DNA of 64,000 nucleotides from Escherichia coli (GCF_024700885.2 NZ_CP117016.1), one strand, 5' to 3'; positions 36,819 to 47,956 are shown, counted from the stretch's first letter. Notes: generated by a model from the sequence alone, not told the origin. Numbers and translations: made by a program.

Positions 36819-39800
36819 TTAACTTATTAGATCCGCTATTTTCTTTTCTTGATATGCCATCCTTATTATTTCAAATTCATCCATACGCATCATGTAAATA
36901 GATCTTGTCAATACCAAATTTCCATGTTTATCTTCTTTAATTTCATCTGCACCTTCTATTAATTTAATAATCCCAAATTCATTAACTGGAATTGGACAAG
37001 ACTCAATATCAATAGGATAAAAATCACCAGATTCGTTTTCTCTTACCAAAACACTGGTTTCTTCATACGTAATAAGACCATACTTCTTCCAATCAAGACC
37101 AGCTTTTGTAATTGCATCCTTAACTTGCTGCGCTACAACTCCAAAATGATATCTGGCATGTTCACTTCCTTTTCGTAATATTTCATCCTTCATCTTCCAC
37201 ATTTGAAATTTTACACTACCCACGGCTTCAATAAGTTCAGTCGGTATATCCGAGAATTCATCTTTGTAATTAACATCTGAAACAACAGTGACAGCATTCT
37301 TGCTATATATGTTATTCCAGTATGCTGTCGTTGTACCATTATTAACTGTTCCTATCTGCCCTGTGGGAGCAAAATAAGGATTATCATTAACTGGATTAGC
37401 TATCTCGACAAGAACTTGAGTACCGCCAAAGCTCCCGCCAGGGAACATACGAAACCTGTTTGGTAAGCGATAGTCATTAGAACCATAAGCATTCCAGCCA
37501 GCCCCATTTTCTACAGTACCACGACACCTAAATTCAACAACTTCTTGTATCTGCGGTGTTACATCATATCCACCACGTATAGACCAGTACTTATTATTGT
37601 CAGATTCTCTGCGGGAATCATGAACACGAAAAGCACCATTACTAGCATACTGAATGGCTTTTTTATATTCTGAAGTATTTTCTGAATACCCCCCCAATAT
37701 CCAGTTCTCTCCTAATTTAAAGGAAACATCAAAAGCAGAACTTATAGAAGAAAGTGGTGAGTTATTAACACGAGTTGTCAAGGCGGAATTCAATGGTAGT
37801 TCATTAGCAACCCCACGCGATTGTGAAATAAGAAATATCTGTTTTCCTCGTTTCGAATACACTCCATCGCTGTACTTTTTATCATTCGAGTATTCCCCAC
37901 CACTAACTTTATTTGTTATCGCCCACATTCTAAATCCATCGGGATCATCCGGAGCAATACCAGAAGCAGTAGAAAAAGCGGAATAATTCTTTCCTTTGTA
38001 AGTTATAATAGATGCTCCAGAATCCCAATTATCCATAGTTAGAATAATAAGGTCTCCTTCATACATATCTATACCTTCAGGTTCAAATGAATGGGGGGTC
38101 CCATACTTTGGATTATCCATAAGATTTTTGTATCCATAAAGAGAACGAGCCCCCTCAAATGAAAATTCAGCAAGAATATTACCAGAATAATCAAACTTCT
38201 GAATAATATGCAACATGAACGGATGTGTATATCCCCTTAATATATAGATGTACTTACCATCACTGGCAACATCTTGAATAACATGAGTATCAGTTCCGCG
38301 CTGCGGATGTGGAATCCTGAAATAATACAATGGTCTTGCGTCCAAACTATTGTCAAGGGATTCTACGTGTATCCTGCTGTAAACAAATACATACCAGGCA
38401 TCATCATCTGCTGTGCTATCAGTTGCAACAAGAACAACATACCTTCCATCTGAAGATACACACGGGGTTGCTGAATTATAATTCTGATAAGGATGACCAG
38501 AACCAGAATATCCAAAAAGCTGATAAGTAATCACATCAGATTCAGATGTGCTGCTCCCTTTCCAAATTAATTTTGAATAACCTTTTCCTCCATCATTTCC
38601 TCGATATGTAGGCTGGGTAACCATTTGGGTATAAATAAAAAGGTCATCATCAATAACTATCGTAGATATTCCCTGATGGTTATTTAATATTGGTGCAGTG
38701 TAAGTAGTATTTTGCACTACTGAACCATCATCAGAAAACGAGTATTCAACCAGCCTGCGCTTCTCTAAAGCAGCTGCTGTTCCTGTACCAACCCCTGGAC
38801 CATTCGCCGTAAATCGTACACCAATATTATTTTCAGCAGCCCCTATAGTTGTAAAATCAGTTGAACCTATACTTACTATTTCATATTCAATTCCGGTTAT
38901 GAAGTCACCAGCTGATGTTACTTTAGAGTTGAAGTTTCCACTACCTTCAGCACTGCCAACAACCGTTTGTAAAATAAATAATTTTTTACCATTATAATTC
39001 GCATAAGCACACCCTTGACTTGTAGCCTCACCATTTGGAAAAACTTGGGACTCACCAAAACCCATAAATGCTTCCATTAAATGGCGTTGCACCAATGTAT
39101 TACTGATATTATTACGAAGAGAAAGTAGATGACCAGTTTTGGAAAGAATCATCCCTTCCCCTGTCATTTTGCTTACATCTACTTTCAACGTATCAACAAG
39201 ATATACTCCAGGTGGAACATAAGCATTTTCAGGAGCCAGAATAAAAGAATTCGTATCATCAGTTATACCATCTCCAACAGCAGCATAATCTTTCACACTT
39301 ACTGTATCACGCATCTTATCCTGGAACGTTCTGTATACAGCTCCAGCACCATACTGGATAAACCATCCGAAACCACCGACAACACCAGCAATTGCAGCAT
39401 CCACATACTTACGCATTGAACGATTATTTACAGCGTCCTGCTCAAGTGATGGATCTGCAAGGTTAGAAATTTTGTTTTGCTTTGCATCGTAATATTTTGC
39501 AAGCAGCGAGGGCTTCATCAATGCACGTCTGAACCACCCAAAACATCGCTGGATCAGCATCGTCAGGTAGTCGAATGCATCCTCATGAACTTCGGGGAAA
39601 AATTTTCCCTGATTGCGAAGATCAGTCTCCTGCACCACATCAAGCACACGCTCTATCGTAATTCGCCAGCCAGCAGCAAGCGGCGACGGAAGAACCACTT
39701 CACCGCCACTATAAGTGCCCGCTCCAGTTACCTTATAACCGGTATCAAGCACCAATTCTGTTACGTTCCCGTTCAGATCAGACACCTGAACAACCAGGTC

Positions 39801-39893
39801 GGATTTTTTGAAAATACGGAAGGTATACGGAAATGATGTCGTAACTCCGTTACCGGTGTATTCGTTGTGGTCAACTTCGGTTGAGACCGTCAT
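36819..39893 (-). CDS. Tailspike / tail fiber protein (receptor-binding, probable polysaccharide depolymerase)
   Basis: 1024-aa ORF at the end of the virion block; Gly/Thr/Ser/Asn-rich beta-structure-like central region; N-terminus resembles podovirus tailspike particle-binding domains (from memory). Confidence 0.7.
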   Translation of the reverse strand: MTVSTEVDHNEYTGNGVTTSFPYTFRIFKKSDLVVQVSDLNGNVTELVLDTGYKVTGAGTYSGGEVVLPSPLAAGWRITIERVLDVVQETDLRNQGKFFPEVHEDAFDYLTMLIQRCFGWFRRALMKPSLLAKYYDAKQNKISNLADPSLEQDAVNNRSMRKYVDAAIAGVVGGFGWFIQYGAGAVYRTFQDKMRDTVSVKDYAAVGDGITDDTNSFILAPENAYVPPGVYLVDTLKVDVSKMTGEGMILSKTGHLLSLRNNISNTLVQRHLMEAFMGFGESQVFPNGEATSQGCAYANYNGKKLFILQTVVGSAEGSGNFNSKVTSAGDFITGIEYEIVSIGSTDFTTIGAAENNIGVRFTANGPGVGTGTAAALEKRRLVEYSFSDDGSVVQNTTYTAPILNNHQGISTIVIDDDLFIYTQMVTQPTYRGNDGGKGYSKLIWKGSSTSESDVITYQLFGYSGSGHPYQNYNSATPCVSSDGRYVVLVATDSTADDDAWYVFVYSRIHVESLDNSLDARPLYYFRIPHPQRGTDTHVIQDVASDGKYIYILRGYTHPFMLHIIQKFDYSGNILAEFSFEGARSLYGYKNLMDNPKYGTPHSFEPEGIDMYEGDLIILTMDNWDSGASIITYKGKNYSAFSTASGIAPDDPDGFRMWAITNKVSGGEYSNDKKYSDGVYSKRGKQIFLISQSRGVANELPLNSALTTRVNNSPLSSISSAFDVSFKLGENWILGGYSENTSEYKKAIQYASNGAFRVHDSRRESDNNKYWSIRGGYDVTPQIQEVVEFRCRGTVENGAGWNAYGSNDYRLPNRFRMFPGGSFGGTQVLVEIANPVNDNPYFAPTGQIGTVNNGTTTAYWNNIYSKNAVTVVSDVNYKDEFSDIPTELIEAVGSVKFQMWKMKDEILRKGSEHARYHFGVVAQQVKDAITKAGLDWKKYGLITYEETSVLVRENESGDFYPIDIESCPIPVNEFGIIKLIEGADEIKEDKHGNLVLTRSIYMMRMDEFEIIRMAYQEKKIADLIS

Positions 39894-39945
39894 GTTAAAT
39901 CTCCAGATAGTCGCAGCACCCGTTGCGCCGCATATCTGGTCATTC

Positions 39946-40013
39946 TATTACCTAAAAAACCACATATGGATAGACAACCCATAAATACGAACAGATATTA
40001 CCTTTCAGGTAAT
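39946..40013 (+). promoter_or_regulatory. Conserved cassette copy A: TATTACC, AACCACATATG, and 17-bp palindrome ATTACCTTTCAGGTAAT
   Basis: Same three blocks in the same order recur at 57169-57248; palindrome half-sites ATTACC/GGTAAT; -35-like TAGACA nearby. Confidence 0.5.
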
Positions 40014-40049
40014 TCGCAAAACGTGCTGGATAGCAAACAAATTATTTGG

Positions 40050-40069
40050 TACTGTATAAATATACAGTT
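40050..40069. promoter_or_regulatory. LexA operator (SOS box)
   Basis: TACTGTATAAATATACAGTT = CTGT-N8-ACAG with AT-rich centre; 20 bp upstream of the start codon at 40089. Confidence 0.75.
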
Positions 40070-40088
40070 ATTGCATGGAGAAGATAAG

Positions 40089-40346
40089 ATGCAGCAGTAT
40101 CACTATCCACTGGAAGACGGATTTACCGAAAGGATTCACACGCCGGGAGGCGTCAGGTCACTGGTGGATGGATCGCACTTGATGAAATTACTCCGGGATC
40201 TCGATAAGGATGGATTTAATGTCGATGGCCCACTTGCCGAACTGACTGCACTGATTAACTACGTCACCAGCTCACAGATGTCTATGCAGGATCTGCAAAC
40301 ACATCTCGACTATTGTGCCGAACAATTACGAAAACAAACTACATAA
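40089..40346 (+). CDS. Small SOS-regulated protein of unknown function (85 aa)
   Basis: ATG with GGAG RBS 8 nt upstream, directly behind the LexA box; opposite strand to virion genes. Confidence 0.5.
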   Translation: MQQYHYPLEDGFTERIHTPGGVRSLVDGSHLMKLLRDLDKDGFNVDGPLAELTALINYVTSSQMSMQDLQTHLDYCAEQLRKQTT

Positions 40347-40351
40347 AGAAA

Positions 40352-40369
40352 AGGCCGCGAAAGCGGCCT
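40352..40369. terminator. Hairpin terminator between convergent genes
   Basis: AGGCCGC-GAAA-GCGGCCT; T-run follows on the minus strand after the 40378..40674 gene. Confidence 0.5.
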
Positions 40370-40377
40370 GTGACATG

Positions 40378-40674
40378 TCACGTTCCTTTTCTGAATGATA
40401 GCCATTCGAAAAATGATGACATTCCACCGCAGACAATAGCAAAGATGATCCCACCAAAGAAGAGAAGGCCAGCCTGCCACCACTCCCACCGCCATACATC
40501 CACAGCGCCAACCATACCAACAATCGCTCCAACAAATGGAATATAGCTCACGATGAAAGCGATGGGGGCTGCAATTATCCAGTGCAATCCCCACCATGAT
40601 TCAAGCCCAGCCATAATTGCTGCCAACTGAAAAAGACCAACGACGATATAAACAATGAATCCTATAGCTTGCAT
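40378..40674 (-). CDS. Small hydrophobic membrane protein (98 aa)
   Basis: ORF with GGTG RBS; 2-3 predicted TM helices. Confidence 0.45.
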   Translation of the reverse strand: MQAIGFIVYIVVGLFQLAAIMAGLESWWGLHWIIAAPIAFIVSYIPFVGAIVGMVGAVDVWRWEWWQAGLLFFGGIIFAIVCGGMSSFFEWLSFRKGT

Positions 40675-40686
40675 GTAGTCACCTAT

Positions 40687-40860
40687 TTACCCAGTAAAAA
40701 TAAGAGGCCTCCCCTCAATAAGGCTTGCAACAAGAACTACTCCCTGCACAACAAAGATGAACCAGCAAATAGCTTGAGTCTGAGGGTTAAGAAAATATTT
40801 GTAGCGGTCAATAAATAACAATCCACCAGAAATTATCACACTCAAAATAATTAAAAACAC
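40687..40860 (-). CDS. Small hydrophobic protein (57 aa), GTG start
   Basis: Hand-translated ORF with AAGGAAG RBS immediately after the stop of the upstream 824-aa gene; not in the supplied ORF track (under 60 aa). Confidence 0.25.
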   Translation of the reverse strand: MFLIILSVIISGGLLFIDRYKYFLNPQTQAICWFIFVVQGVVLVASLIEGRPLIFTG

Positions 40861-40869
40861 AACACTTCC

Positions 40870-43344
40870 TTATTGCGGAGTGACATCCTGAGGTCGCCAC
40901 CAGTATGTCTGGTTAAACTCTTTCTTCGAACGTTGCTCCATTTTACGCAAATAGCCTGGTGAAAAATACTCCTGCATCTGGTTAAAGATCATGTGATCGA
41001 GAGCCGCCTTCAAGTACCAGAGATTCGCACCAGGCATCAAACCTTTCCCCAGCTTCACCAGATCACCACCAGTCTGCTCACTCTTCCCTTCCACAGCATT
41101 TAACGGTATGCCCTGAGCAATCTTCACTACGTCATCAACCAGACCAGCTACCGGGCCAAGCATCGACGCCAGCGCGCCGCTTCCGTACCTAGTGTGATCT
41201 GACAATAAAAAGTCACCGTACAGGCCAAGACCACCACCTTTCAGTAGAGCACCAAGCCAGAATTTTGCGGCATCTTCTCCTGTCATCTCTCGAGGATTAC
41301 GACCAGACGCAAGGTCGTTAAGTTGCTGCGACAAAGCGCCAAGAATGGTCGTACTGGCAATAAACGTCGCAATATATGCCGCACGCCCACCAGCAGACGG
41401 CATACCCATAGCGCGTGACCAGTGACGCATAACAACCGAGATAGGGAACGATTTAAACAGGAAAACACTTCTCGTTAATTCACCTTTCCATGTTCCACGC
41501 TGAATACCAGAACCGGTTATCAGTTGCTCACGTGCTCCCGGTGTAATAACAGCCATATCAACTTCTTCAGTTACGGCACCGAGCAGTTTACGCATTGCCT
41601 CAAATTTCACGCGTTCAGGCTCACCAAGATGTTTAACTGCTGAATCAGGGATACGCATAATGCTTTCCGGCGTCAGCATCGTATTATTACCGTTCCCCCA
41701 GTCCTCCTGTTGCGCCAACTTCCATACGCTCCAGTCTGTGTCAGTAATCCCTTTGCTTTTCAGGATACGAAAATCAGAGTCATCAAGGCTACGAAGGTCT
41801 GGTGTCCGTGACACTACTTCTCCCAGGCTTCCCATCATGGTTACGCCATAGGCGCGCTTGTGCGCATCTGACCATGCTGTAAGCCCACTGGCACGCATTA
41901 CCGCCGTTGCCGCCCAACGAGACACTGACGGCCCCATATTATCCATCGCCCAGCGGTTAACGCTGCCAAGTAGAGATTCCATCGCCAGACCAGCGCGGCG
42001 CGCCCGCACAAGTTCTGTACGGTTCGTTGGGTCCATAGCTTCAAGCTGGTTGCGGAATAACTGGTTCATTGGAAGGTTGGTAACCTTCGCAGACAGATAC
42101 ATGGTTCCAAGATCAGAGAACGATGACAGCAACGCGGATCCGAGCCTGCTGGCAACCAGCCAGTTGCGGATATTGTCAGACCATCGCGCGATGTGCGGAT
42201 TCGCTACAGGCTGTGTCTTTCCGGAAATAAAGTTGTACAGATTCTCTGTGTTGTTCGCCAGCCGCTCGACTTTACCGGTTTTACTCGGGTTAGCTGTTGC
42301 CGTTTCTGCCTTAACCTGATCAAGAAGGGAGCGGAAAACATGATCGGGGTTTGGACCATATGTTTCCACCAGAGCAATATCTTTACTGATACCTTCCAGG
42401 TGACCGACCATGATTTCCCATAGAGAGCGATCGCCATAAAGTTGTTGATATTGGAGATAGGAATCTGCATCTTTGAAATGTATCTGTCGTGATGCATTAC
42501 CACGGTTAGCACGTGCGCCGGAAATTCGCATTCCGGTATCAGTAAGCTTATTCAGCCCACCAGTAGCGATCGTGTTATAAGCCTCTCCAAGAAATGCAGA
42601 CAACTCGGCATCGTTCATCAGTTGTCCATCGGCTCTGGTATAATATTTGCGATCCAGCTTACCTATAACATCGCTAACCCACTTATCCTTTGATACCGCC
42701 CCAACCTTTTCCATAGAATGATGTTGAGGGATCCCCCAGTTTTCGAGATAGCCAATGTCCCCACCAGCATCATTAAACCGGCGGCGCAGCAGCTCTGCAA
42801 CTTCTCTCCACGCTTTAGCACCTTTTCTTGCTTTAGCATTGCCAGTATTTTGCCCCCGCATTTCATATACCAGGTCACGTACGCCCGCTTCATCTTCAAA
42901 CAGGCCAAAAAAGCGAGGATCAACTGCTTCAAATGCCTCCTGCAATTGACTCAATGCATAATCACGAGTGGCTTTTGTTCTGGATTCAACAGAGAGGAAA
43001 TTCGATTTACCGTCTGCATTAAAAGCAATAGTACGGTTAAGAGCGCCAAGTTTCCCATCAGCCCCTTGATAGCTATTGATAAATTTATCCAATCTCTGAC
43101 GTGCGGCTATAGTGAGAGCCACACGACGTTTCTTTAATGCCGCTTCTCGCTGTAATTCTTCAGATGCCAATTGTGCTGCACGATACAACCGTTCTGATTC
43201 GGAAAGTTGTCGCCACGACATCGGGTCATCACGAGCAATGGAGCGCATATTTCGATAAATGCGGTCTTCAATGTTCTGTATTTCTCGCGCCGTTAACGTG
43301 CGCTGCGCCGCCTGCTGGACCGCTTGTATACATTCCTGTCTCAT
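40870..43344 (-). CDS. Large virion protein (824 aa), probable internal/ejection protein
   Basis: Large ORF in contiguous virion block between tail genes and tailspike; no recognisable enzymatic motif. Confidence 0.5.
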   Translation of the reverse strand: MRQECIQAVQQAAQRTLTAREIQNIEDRIYRNMRSIARDDPMSWRQLSESERLYRAAQLASEELQREAALKKRRVALTIAARQRLDKFINSYQGADGKLGALNRTIAFNADGKSNFLSVESRTKATRDYALSQLQEAFEAVDPRFFGLFEDEAGVRDLVYEMRGQNTGNAKARKGAKAWREVAELLRRRFNDAGGDIGYLENWGIPQHHSMEKVGAVSKDKWVSDVIGKLDRKYYTRADGQLMNDAELSAFLGEAYNTIATGGLNKLTDTGMRISGARANRGNASRQIHFKDADSYLQYQQLYGDRSLWEIMVGHLEGISKDIALVETYGPNPDHVFRSLLDQVKAETATANPSKTGKVERLANNTENLYNFISGKTQPVANPHIARWSDNIRNWLVASRLGSALLSSFSDLGTMYLSAKVTNLPMNQLFRNQLEAMDPTNRTELVRARRAGLAMESLLGSVNRWAMDNMGPSVSRWAATAVMRASGLTAWSDAHKRAYGVTMMGSLGEVVSRTPDLRSLDDSDFRILKSKGITDTDWSVWKLAQQEDWGNGNNTMLTPESIMRIPDSAVKHLGEPERVKFEAMRKLLGAVTEEVDMAVITPGAREQLITGSGIQRGTWKGELTRSVFLFKSFPISVVMRHWSRAMGMPSAGGRAAYIATFIASTTILGALSQQLNDLASGRNPREMTGEDAAKFWLGALLKGGGLGLYGDFLLSDHTRYGSGALASMLGPVAGLVDDVVKIAQGIPLNAVEGKSEQTGGDLVKLGKGLMPGANLWYLKAALDHMIFNQMQEYFSPGYLRKMEQRSKKEFNQTYWWRPQDVTPQ

Positions 43345-43349
43345 TTAAT

Positions 43350-45152
43350 TTAACCTCTCAAGAAACACGCCACAGCAACATCAAACAGGCTGGAATCCTG
43401 TATTGCCTGCTCACTTTCCCTGTTCGCTTCATCCAGTACTTCTCGCGCGCTGCGCGATTGTGGATTACCATCATCATCCAGCACGGTGATTATCATGTCA
43501 GGTGATTCAAGCAGCGAGTCTTCAGCTATGCGAAGATCAATACCTCCCGCCTGATCCGCCATCATTTTTTGTTCTGCCTGTTGCAATATTTTACCAGGCT
43601 CAAAAGGAGCTACTTCGTCTGGCGTCCTGACCTCTGCTGTTTTATAGAATGAAACAGCCTGAGCATTAAGTTCACTTTCTGCCTGCTGTCTCCGAGCCAG
43701 TTCTGCTCGAGCTTCAAAAAACTGACCGCCAGGCTCGTGCGGTGCCAACGCGTTACGGGAAAATTCCAGGCGTTCTTGTGCCTGCCGGATTCGTTGATCA
43801 ATATCGCGAAGTCTGGCCTGTTTATCTGATCGAGCACGAGACAAAGCTTTACCGCTACCGGTTGGCTCTTCTGCAAGAATTTGTGCCCGCTGTTCAGTGA
43901 GATTTTCAATAATTCGTTGGCTATTAGCGATTTCAGACTGGTAAACCTGTCTATCGCCACGCGGCAAAAGCTGCGCGGCCTGTTCTTCAAGCAACCGATT
44001 TTCTATAGCGCGCGCCGTTACTCCATCATCTACAGATGACAGAGCCTCATTAACTGCCTGAGACAGCAGACTCTTGCGCCCAGGAATTTCACTGAAAGAT
44101 GCAGACTCAACAATGCTGGCAACGTCTACAGGTCTCCCCTGGCTAACATCAGACATAGCTTTTCGCAGAGCCTGAATGTGAGAATTGCGCGAAAGCACGT
44201 TGATCGGCACGCCGGGCGCAATATCAATTTCAGCATGATGAGCGGCATTCGCCGCCAGTGCAGCATCGATATCAACTGGTGAAAAATTTGGTGCGTTTGT
44301 AGACTCGCCGCGAGAGTTAATAAATCTGCCGACACCACCAAACGCCACCCCAAGAACAGCATCAATAGCAATTGACTGTCGATCCAACACATCATACTGG
44401 TTAGCCATTTCGCTATAGCCACCATCACGAAGCGTTTTTGCAGTAAGCCCACGCTGTGCCATACCGAACGCAATATTTGTACCTGCGGCATAGGCAATAT
44501 CTGGCGTTGCACGTACTGCTGTTGCTGCGGCGCGTCGCACTGAACTCTCACCCGTCCGCGCAAGCTGAGCCGCCACACCTTCCGCCAGCGCACCACCAGC
44601 ACGTAACCCGAGGCTCATAGGGATCAGTGTTCCGACACCAGCAGTAATGCCCTGCACTAATCCCGCTTCCTGCGCCGTCCTGAAATCAACACCCTGTGCT
44701 GTCAGCCGTTCAAACTCAGAAAAACCCTGTAGCGAAGTTACCGCCGCTGCACCTCCGACAGGACCACCGAGCGTTGTACCGACAACAGCCTGCCCGCCCA
44801 TATCGAACAACCCATAAAGAACCTGCCCGGCGGTTCCGGTTGTCGCGGCATCAGGCGTCAGCCGCTTAACCTGCTGCTCTGCTAGTTTTCTCTGCTCGGC
44901 AATGTATGAAACTGAAGTGTCATTGAGCGAGGTGTTTTCGTTAACAAACTGAGCAATCGGGGATACGATTTTATCCATCCCTGCCCAGAGCAACTGATCT
45001 GGCTTTGCCACCAGCCCGGAGTACAAACCAGACAATGCCGCTCCTACAGCATTGTCGAAAAAACCAACATCGCTGTTAAAGCCAGCTGGATTTGATGCTG
45101 CTTCGTCAAGCTGCTGATTCTGGTTTACTGGATTAAGGCCAAAGTAACTCAT
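43350..45152 (-). CDS. Large virion protein (600 aa), probable internal/ejection protein
   Basis: Gly/Ala-rich N-terminal half, charged coiled-coil-like C-terminal half; operon position. Confidence 0.5.
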   Translation of the reverse strand: MSYFGLNPVNQNQQLDEAASNPAGFNSDVGFFDNAVGAALSGLYSGLVAKPDQLLWAGMDKIVSPIAQFVNENTSLNDTSVSYIAEQRKLAEQQVKRLTPDAATTGTAGQVLYGLFDMGGQAVVGTTLGGPVGGAAAVTSLQGFSEFERLTAQGVDFRTAQEAGLVQGITAGVGTLIPMSLGLRAGGALAEGVAAQLARTGESSVRRAAATAVRATPDIAYAAGTNIAFGMAQRGLTAKTLRDGGYSEMANQYDVLDRQSIAIDAVLGVAFGGVGRFINSRGESTNAPNFSPVDIDAALAANAAHHAEIDIAPGVPINVLSRNSHIQALRKAMSDVSQGRPVDVASIVESASFSEIPGRKSLLSQAVNEALSSVDDGVTARAIENRLLEEQAAQLLPRGDRQVYQSEIANSQRIIENLTEQRAQILAEEPTGSGKALSRARSDKQARLRDIDQRIRQAQERLEFSRNALAPHEPGGQFFEARAELARRQQAESELNAQAVSFYKTAEVRTPDEVAPFEPGKILQQAEQKMMADQAGGIDLRIAEDSLLESPDMIITVLDDDGNPQSRSAREVLDEANRESEQAIQDSSLFDVAVACFLRG

Positions 45153-47956
45153 TGCGGAATATCTCCGGAGAATCTCTGACGCTTCTGTGTCAGATTAAGA
45201 ACAACGGGAGAACCATCATCTTTCAGCAGATAACCAGTACCAAGTTTCACCAGGTACTGACTATCGCCGTAACTTTGCAAACCATACTGACCAGGCGGTG
45301 TTTTTATCCCGGAGCCGACAACTTGTTCATTCCAAGCCTGATTAACCTGCTTATCGAATTGCTCTGCAGACATTCCCCACGGCAAAAGGACATTCCCCAT
45401 TCCGTTATAGTCATGCACGCCACCTGTAGCTACGTTAACAGCCTGTTTCCAGATATCATTGTCAATTTCGCCTGATACCACGCCTTTTTTCGCCATCACA
45501 CCAGCGTAATAATCCTTTGCGATCTCGTATGCCATTGATGCCCCCTGAGCGTCACCAGCAAATGCATCCTTCACCATGTCAGAAAACTCAAGGCGAAGAT
45601 CAGCATCTTTAGGCATCGGAATACCTTTCGCATCATCAGTACCTTTACGAGCCGCCGCGCCAGCAAGAATTGTCTGCGCAGCGGTTTCAGGAGACACGGA
45701 AACATCCGGATTAAACCAGTTTTTTTCTGCCAAAATACCACCAGGCTTATCCATCAGTATCCCGGCAACGGCAGCAGATGGAGCGTTGGCACTGATCTGC
45801 TGTAGTGCTGACATATACACCTGCCCACCACCAGTGCTCTGCCTGATGGTATCGAGATATGCTGCCTGTTGGGAAACTGGAGCATCACGAAAGAAAACAC
45901 CGATCTGATTGGCCTCGTCTTTGGAAAAGAACGTCAGTGGAGTGCCATATGACTTAGCAAGGTCACTGACCTGAGCGGCACGCAAGGCAACGCTCTGTCC
46001 AAAGTTATCCTTATTGCTCATGTCGATAGGCTTTGCCTGTCCGGAGGCAAGAGAGAACTGCACAGGATCCGACTGCCGCTGCTTTATCACCTGATTTGCA
46101 GCCGAAACAACGTTGTCATAAAGAGCTGCTCGTGCCGCATAGCCCTCCCCTGTATCACCAGTATCCGGGCGTAATTGCTCAACATATGCTGTAATGCTGC
46201 TTGTCGGCATGTTGCGGAAAGAGCCTATATACTGTCCAGCGATCTGCGTATTCTTAAACTCGGTATATCGCAGGTTTCCTTCTCTGACTCCATAAGCTGC
46301 AATAAAATCATCCTCACCAGGTGGGTTAGGAAATTCAACGCCACGCATATATGCAGCTGTCGCATCGCGAACCTGGCTGTCAATCATCGTTTTATATTCA
46401 GCCTGCTGCTGCCGACGCAGTTGATCCGCCTGTCGCATAAAACTTGCCTGCGCCTCAGGAGATGCCGCATCGAATGCTGCATTACCGGTATAGCGTTTGG
46501 TGTTGGTTGGAATTGTTGATAAACCAAGTGCTGCACTGACACCAGCAGTTAACTGCTGATCACTGTATGGCTGGCTACCGTTCTCATGATGGATAATGGC
46601 TGCACAAAGCGCCTTCAGGGTATCAGGATTTGATGCATCGAGAGGCTCATCAGCAGAAACGCCAAGTTGTTCGCACACTGCTTTGATATATGACATAGTG
46701 TCATTTTTATCAGTAGGCGGTGCCCAGCGATTAATTATCTCGCTGACTGTATCAATACCCTGCCGCTGATACGACATCAGGTTCCGCCCTAATGCACGAA
46801 TCCCGTGTTCAGGTGTTTCGAATTTAGCAAATCGACCATCATCACCGGTCTGGCCTACCCACGGATTAGTTTTGCTGTATTCGAGATTTCCTGGGTTGTT
46901 ATTACGGATACCGCGAGCACCACCTTTTACGTAATACTGATCCTGCTGTTCGTGAAGTTTCTCAGCATAGGCGGTCGCATTCTCAGGGTTATCGAATATT
47001 CCAAGGTGTTTTCCAGTTTTTTCATACAGAGCAATAGCTTCGTCATCGGAAAGCAATTTTCCATCATCACTGACGGTGGGAATGAGAACTTCTCCAGCTT
47101 CCGTGCCTATAGAAATTGTTCGAACGGTACTGATAGTCCCATCTTCATTTTTGACAGATGGGCGGTTGAAGAGATTAATATTTCCTTGAACAACCATTCC
47201 CTTTGTGGACTTTGGCTCTCCACCATAAGGATTAACAATAGCCCGCTTTGATCCAGCAGCAGTATCGCTTAGCTCGCCATTACTTTGGATAAATGAGATC
47301 GCATTGTTTGCCGACCACTGGGACAATGCTGCATCAGCAACCTTCTCTTTAAACTCGATTTTCTTGGCCTGTATTTGCTCGTCGCTCCAGCCATGTGCAG
47401 CACCGTACTCCTCAATTTGCTGGAAAGTTTGCTTATTAGCCAATATGTATGCGGCATTGTCGCCATACAATGCTGCGGCATTTTTACCATTGTTCAGCAG
47501 CGTCGCCTGAAACTGACCTTCTTCGTAGGCATTAATTTGCCCTATCTCGTGCCGCCCGGCCTGCGTAGTGAACTGAATGCGCTGCTGCTGTGCCTGCTGC
47601 ATGAAAGCATTACGAGTCTGTTCATCCGGCAGCGACATAGCCAGTTGTTCGACCTGAGCATCAAACTGCTGCGTATACTCCTGACCTTTTCCAATAGCAT
47701 TTTTCCCTTTCAGGTTAAGCAATCCTGTTTCAGTATTATTCAGCAGATCACTGCTTATCTGACTGAGGTTAAGAGATGCCTCCTGAGCCAGAGCGATATT
47801 GGCACGCTGTTTTGCCTGCCCCAAAACATCAATTGCCTCTGTCCCTGCCCGAACAAAAGCATCACTAATACCTGGCTGAGAAAACGTCTGCAAGCCTGCT
47901 GACTGAACTCCACGACTCTCAACCTGACGTCCGGATACTGTTGGTACGACTGGCAT
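45149..47956 (-). CDS. Large virion protein (about 935 aa) with a possible peptidoglycan-hydrolase-like segment
   Basis: Start moved to ATG at 47954-47956 (GGAGG RBS, overlaps upstream stop); contains [12 protein letters not shown]...[29 protein letters not shown] segment. Confidence 0.5.
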   Translation of the reverse strand: MPVVPTVSGRQVESRGVQSAGLQTFSQPGISDAFVRAGTEAIDVLGQAKQRANIALAQEASLNLSQISSDLLNNTETGLLNLKGKNAIGKGQEYTQQFDAQVEQLAMSLPDEQTRNAFMQQAQQQRIQFTTQAGRHEIGQINAYEEGQFQATLLNNGKNAAALYGDNAAYILANKQTFQQIEEYGAAHGWSDEQIQAKKIEFKEKVADAALSQWSANNAISFIQSNGELSDTAAGSKRAIVNPYGGEPKSTKGMVVQGNINLFNRPSVKNEDGTISTVRTISIGTEAGEVLIPTVSDDGKLLSDDEAIALYEKTGKHLGIFDNPENATAYAEKLHEQQDQYYVKGGARGIRNNNPGNLEYSKTNPWVGQTGDDGRFAKFETPEHGIRALGRNLMSYQRQGIDTVSEIINRWAPPTDKNDTMSYIKAVCEQLGVSADEPLDASNPDTLKALCAAIIHHENGSQPYSDQQLTAGVSAALGLSTIPTNTKRYTGNAAFDAASPEAQASFMRQADQLRRQQQAEYKTMIDSQVRDATAAYMRGVEFPNPPGEDDFIAAYGVREGNLRYTEFKNTQIAGQYIGSFRNMPTSSITAYVEQLRPDTGDTGEGYAARAALYDNVVSAANQVIKQRQSDPVQFSLASGQAKPIDMSNKDNFGQSVALRAAQVSDLAKSYGTPLTFFSKDEANQIGVFFRDAPVSQQAAYLDTIRQSTGGGQVYMSALQQISANAPSAAVAGILMDKPGGILAEKNWFNPDVSVSPETAAQTILAGAAARKGTDDAKGIPMPKDADLRLEFSDMVKDAFAGDAQGASMAYEIAKDYYAGVMAKKGVVSGEIDNDIWKQAVNVATGGVHDYNGMGNVLLPWGMSAEQFDKQVNQAWNEQVVGSGIKTPPGQYGLQSYGDSQYLVKLGTGYLLKDDGSPVVLNLTQKRQRFSGDIPQ

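Noticed and set aside
39966-40088. N-terminal extension of ORF 39966..40346 (MDRQPINTNRYY...)
   Set aside because: It would read through the conserved cassette and the LexA box; the internal ATG at 40089 has a proper RBS and is the more likely start.
40370-40381. Palindrome GTGACATGTCAC and a similar ACATG-AAAAA-CATGT near 57,876-57,890 as a possible second shared operator
   Set aside because: Short, partly different sequences; a chance match cannot be excluded, so not reported as a feature.
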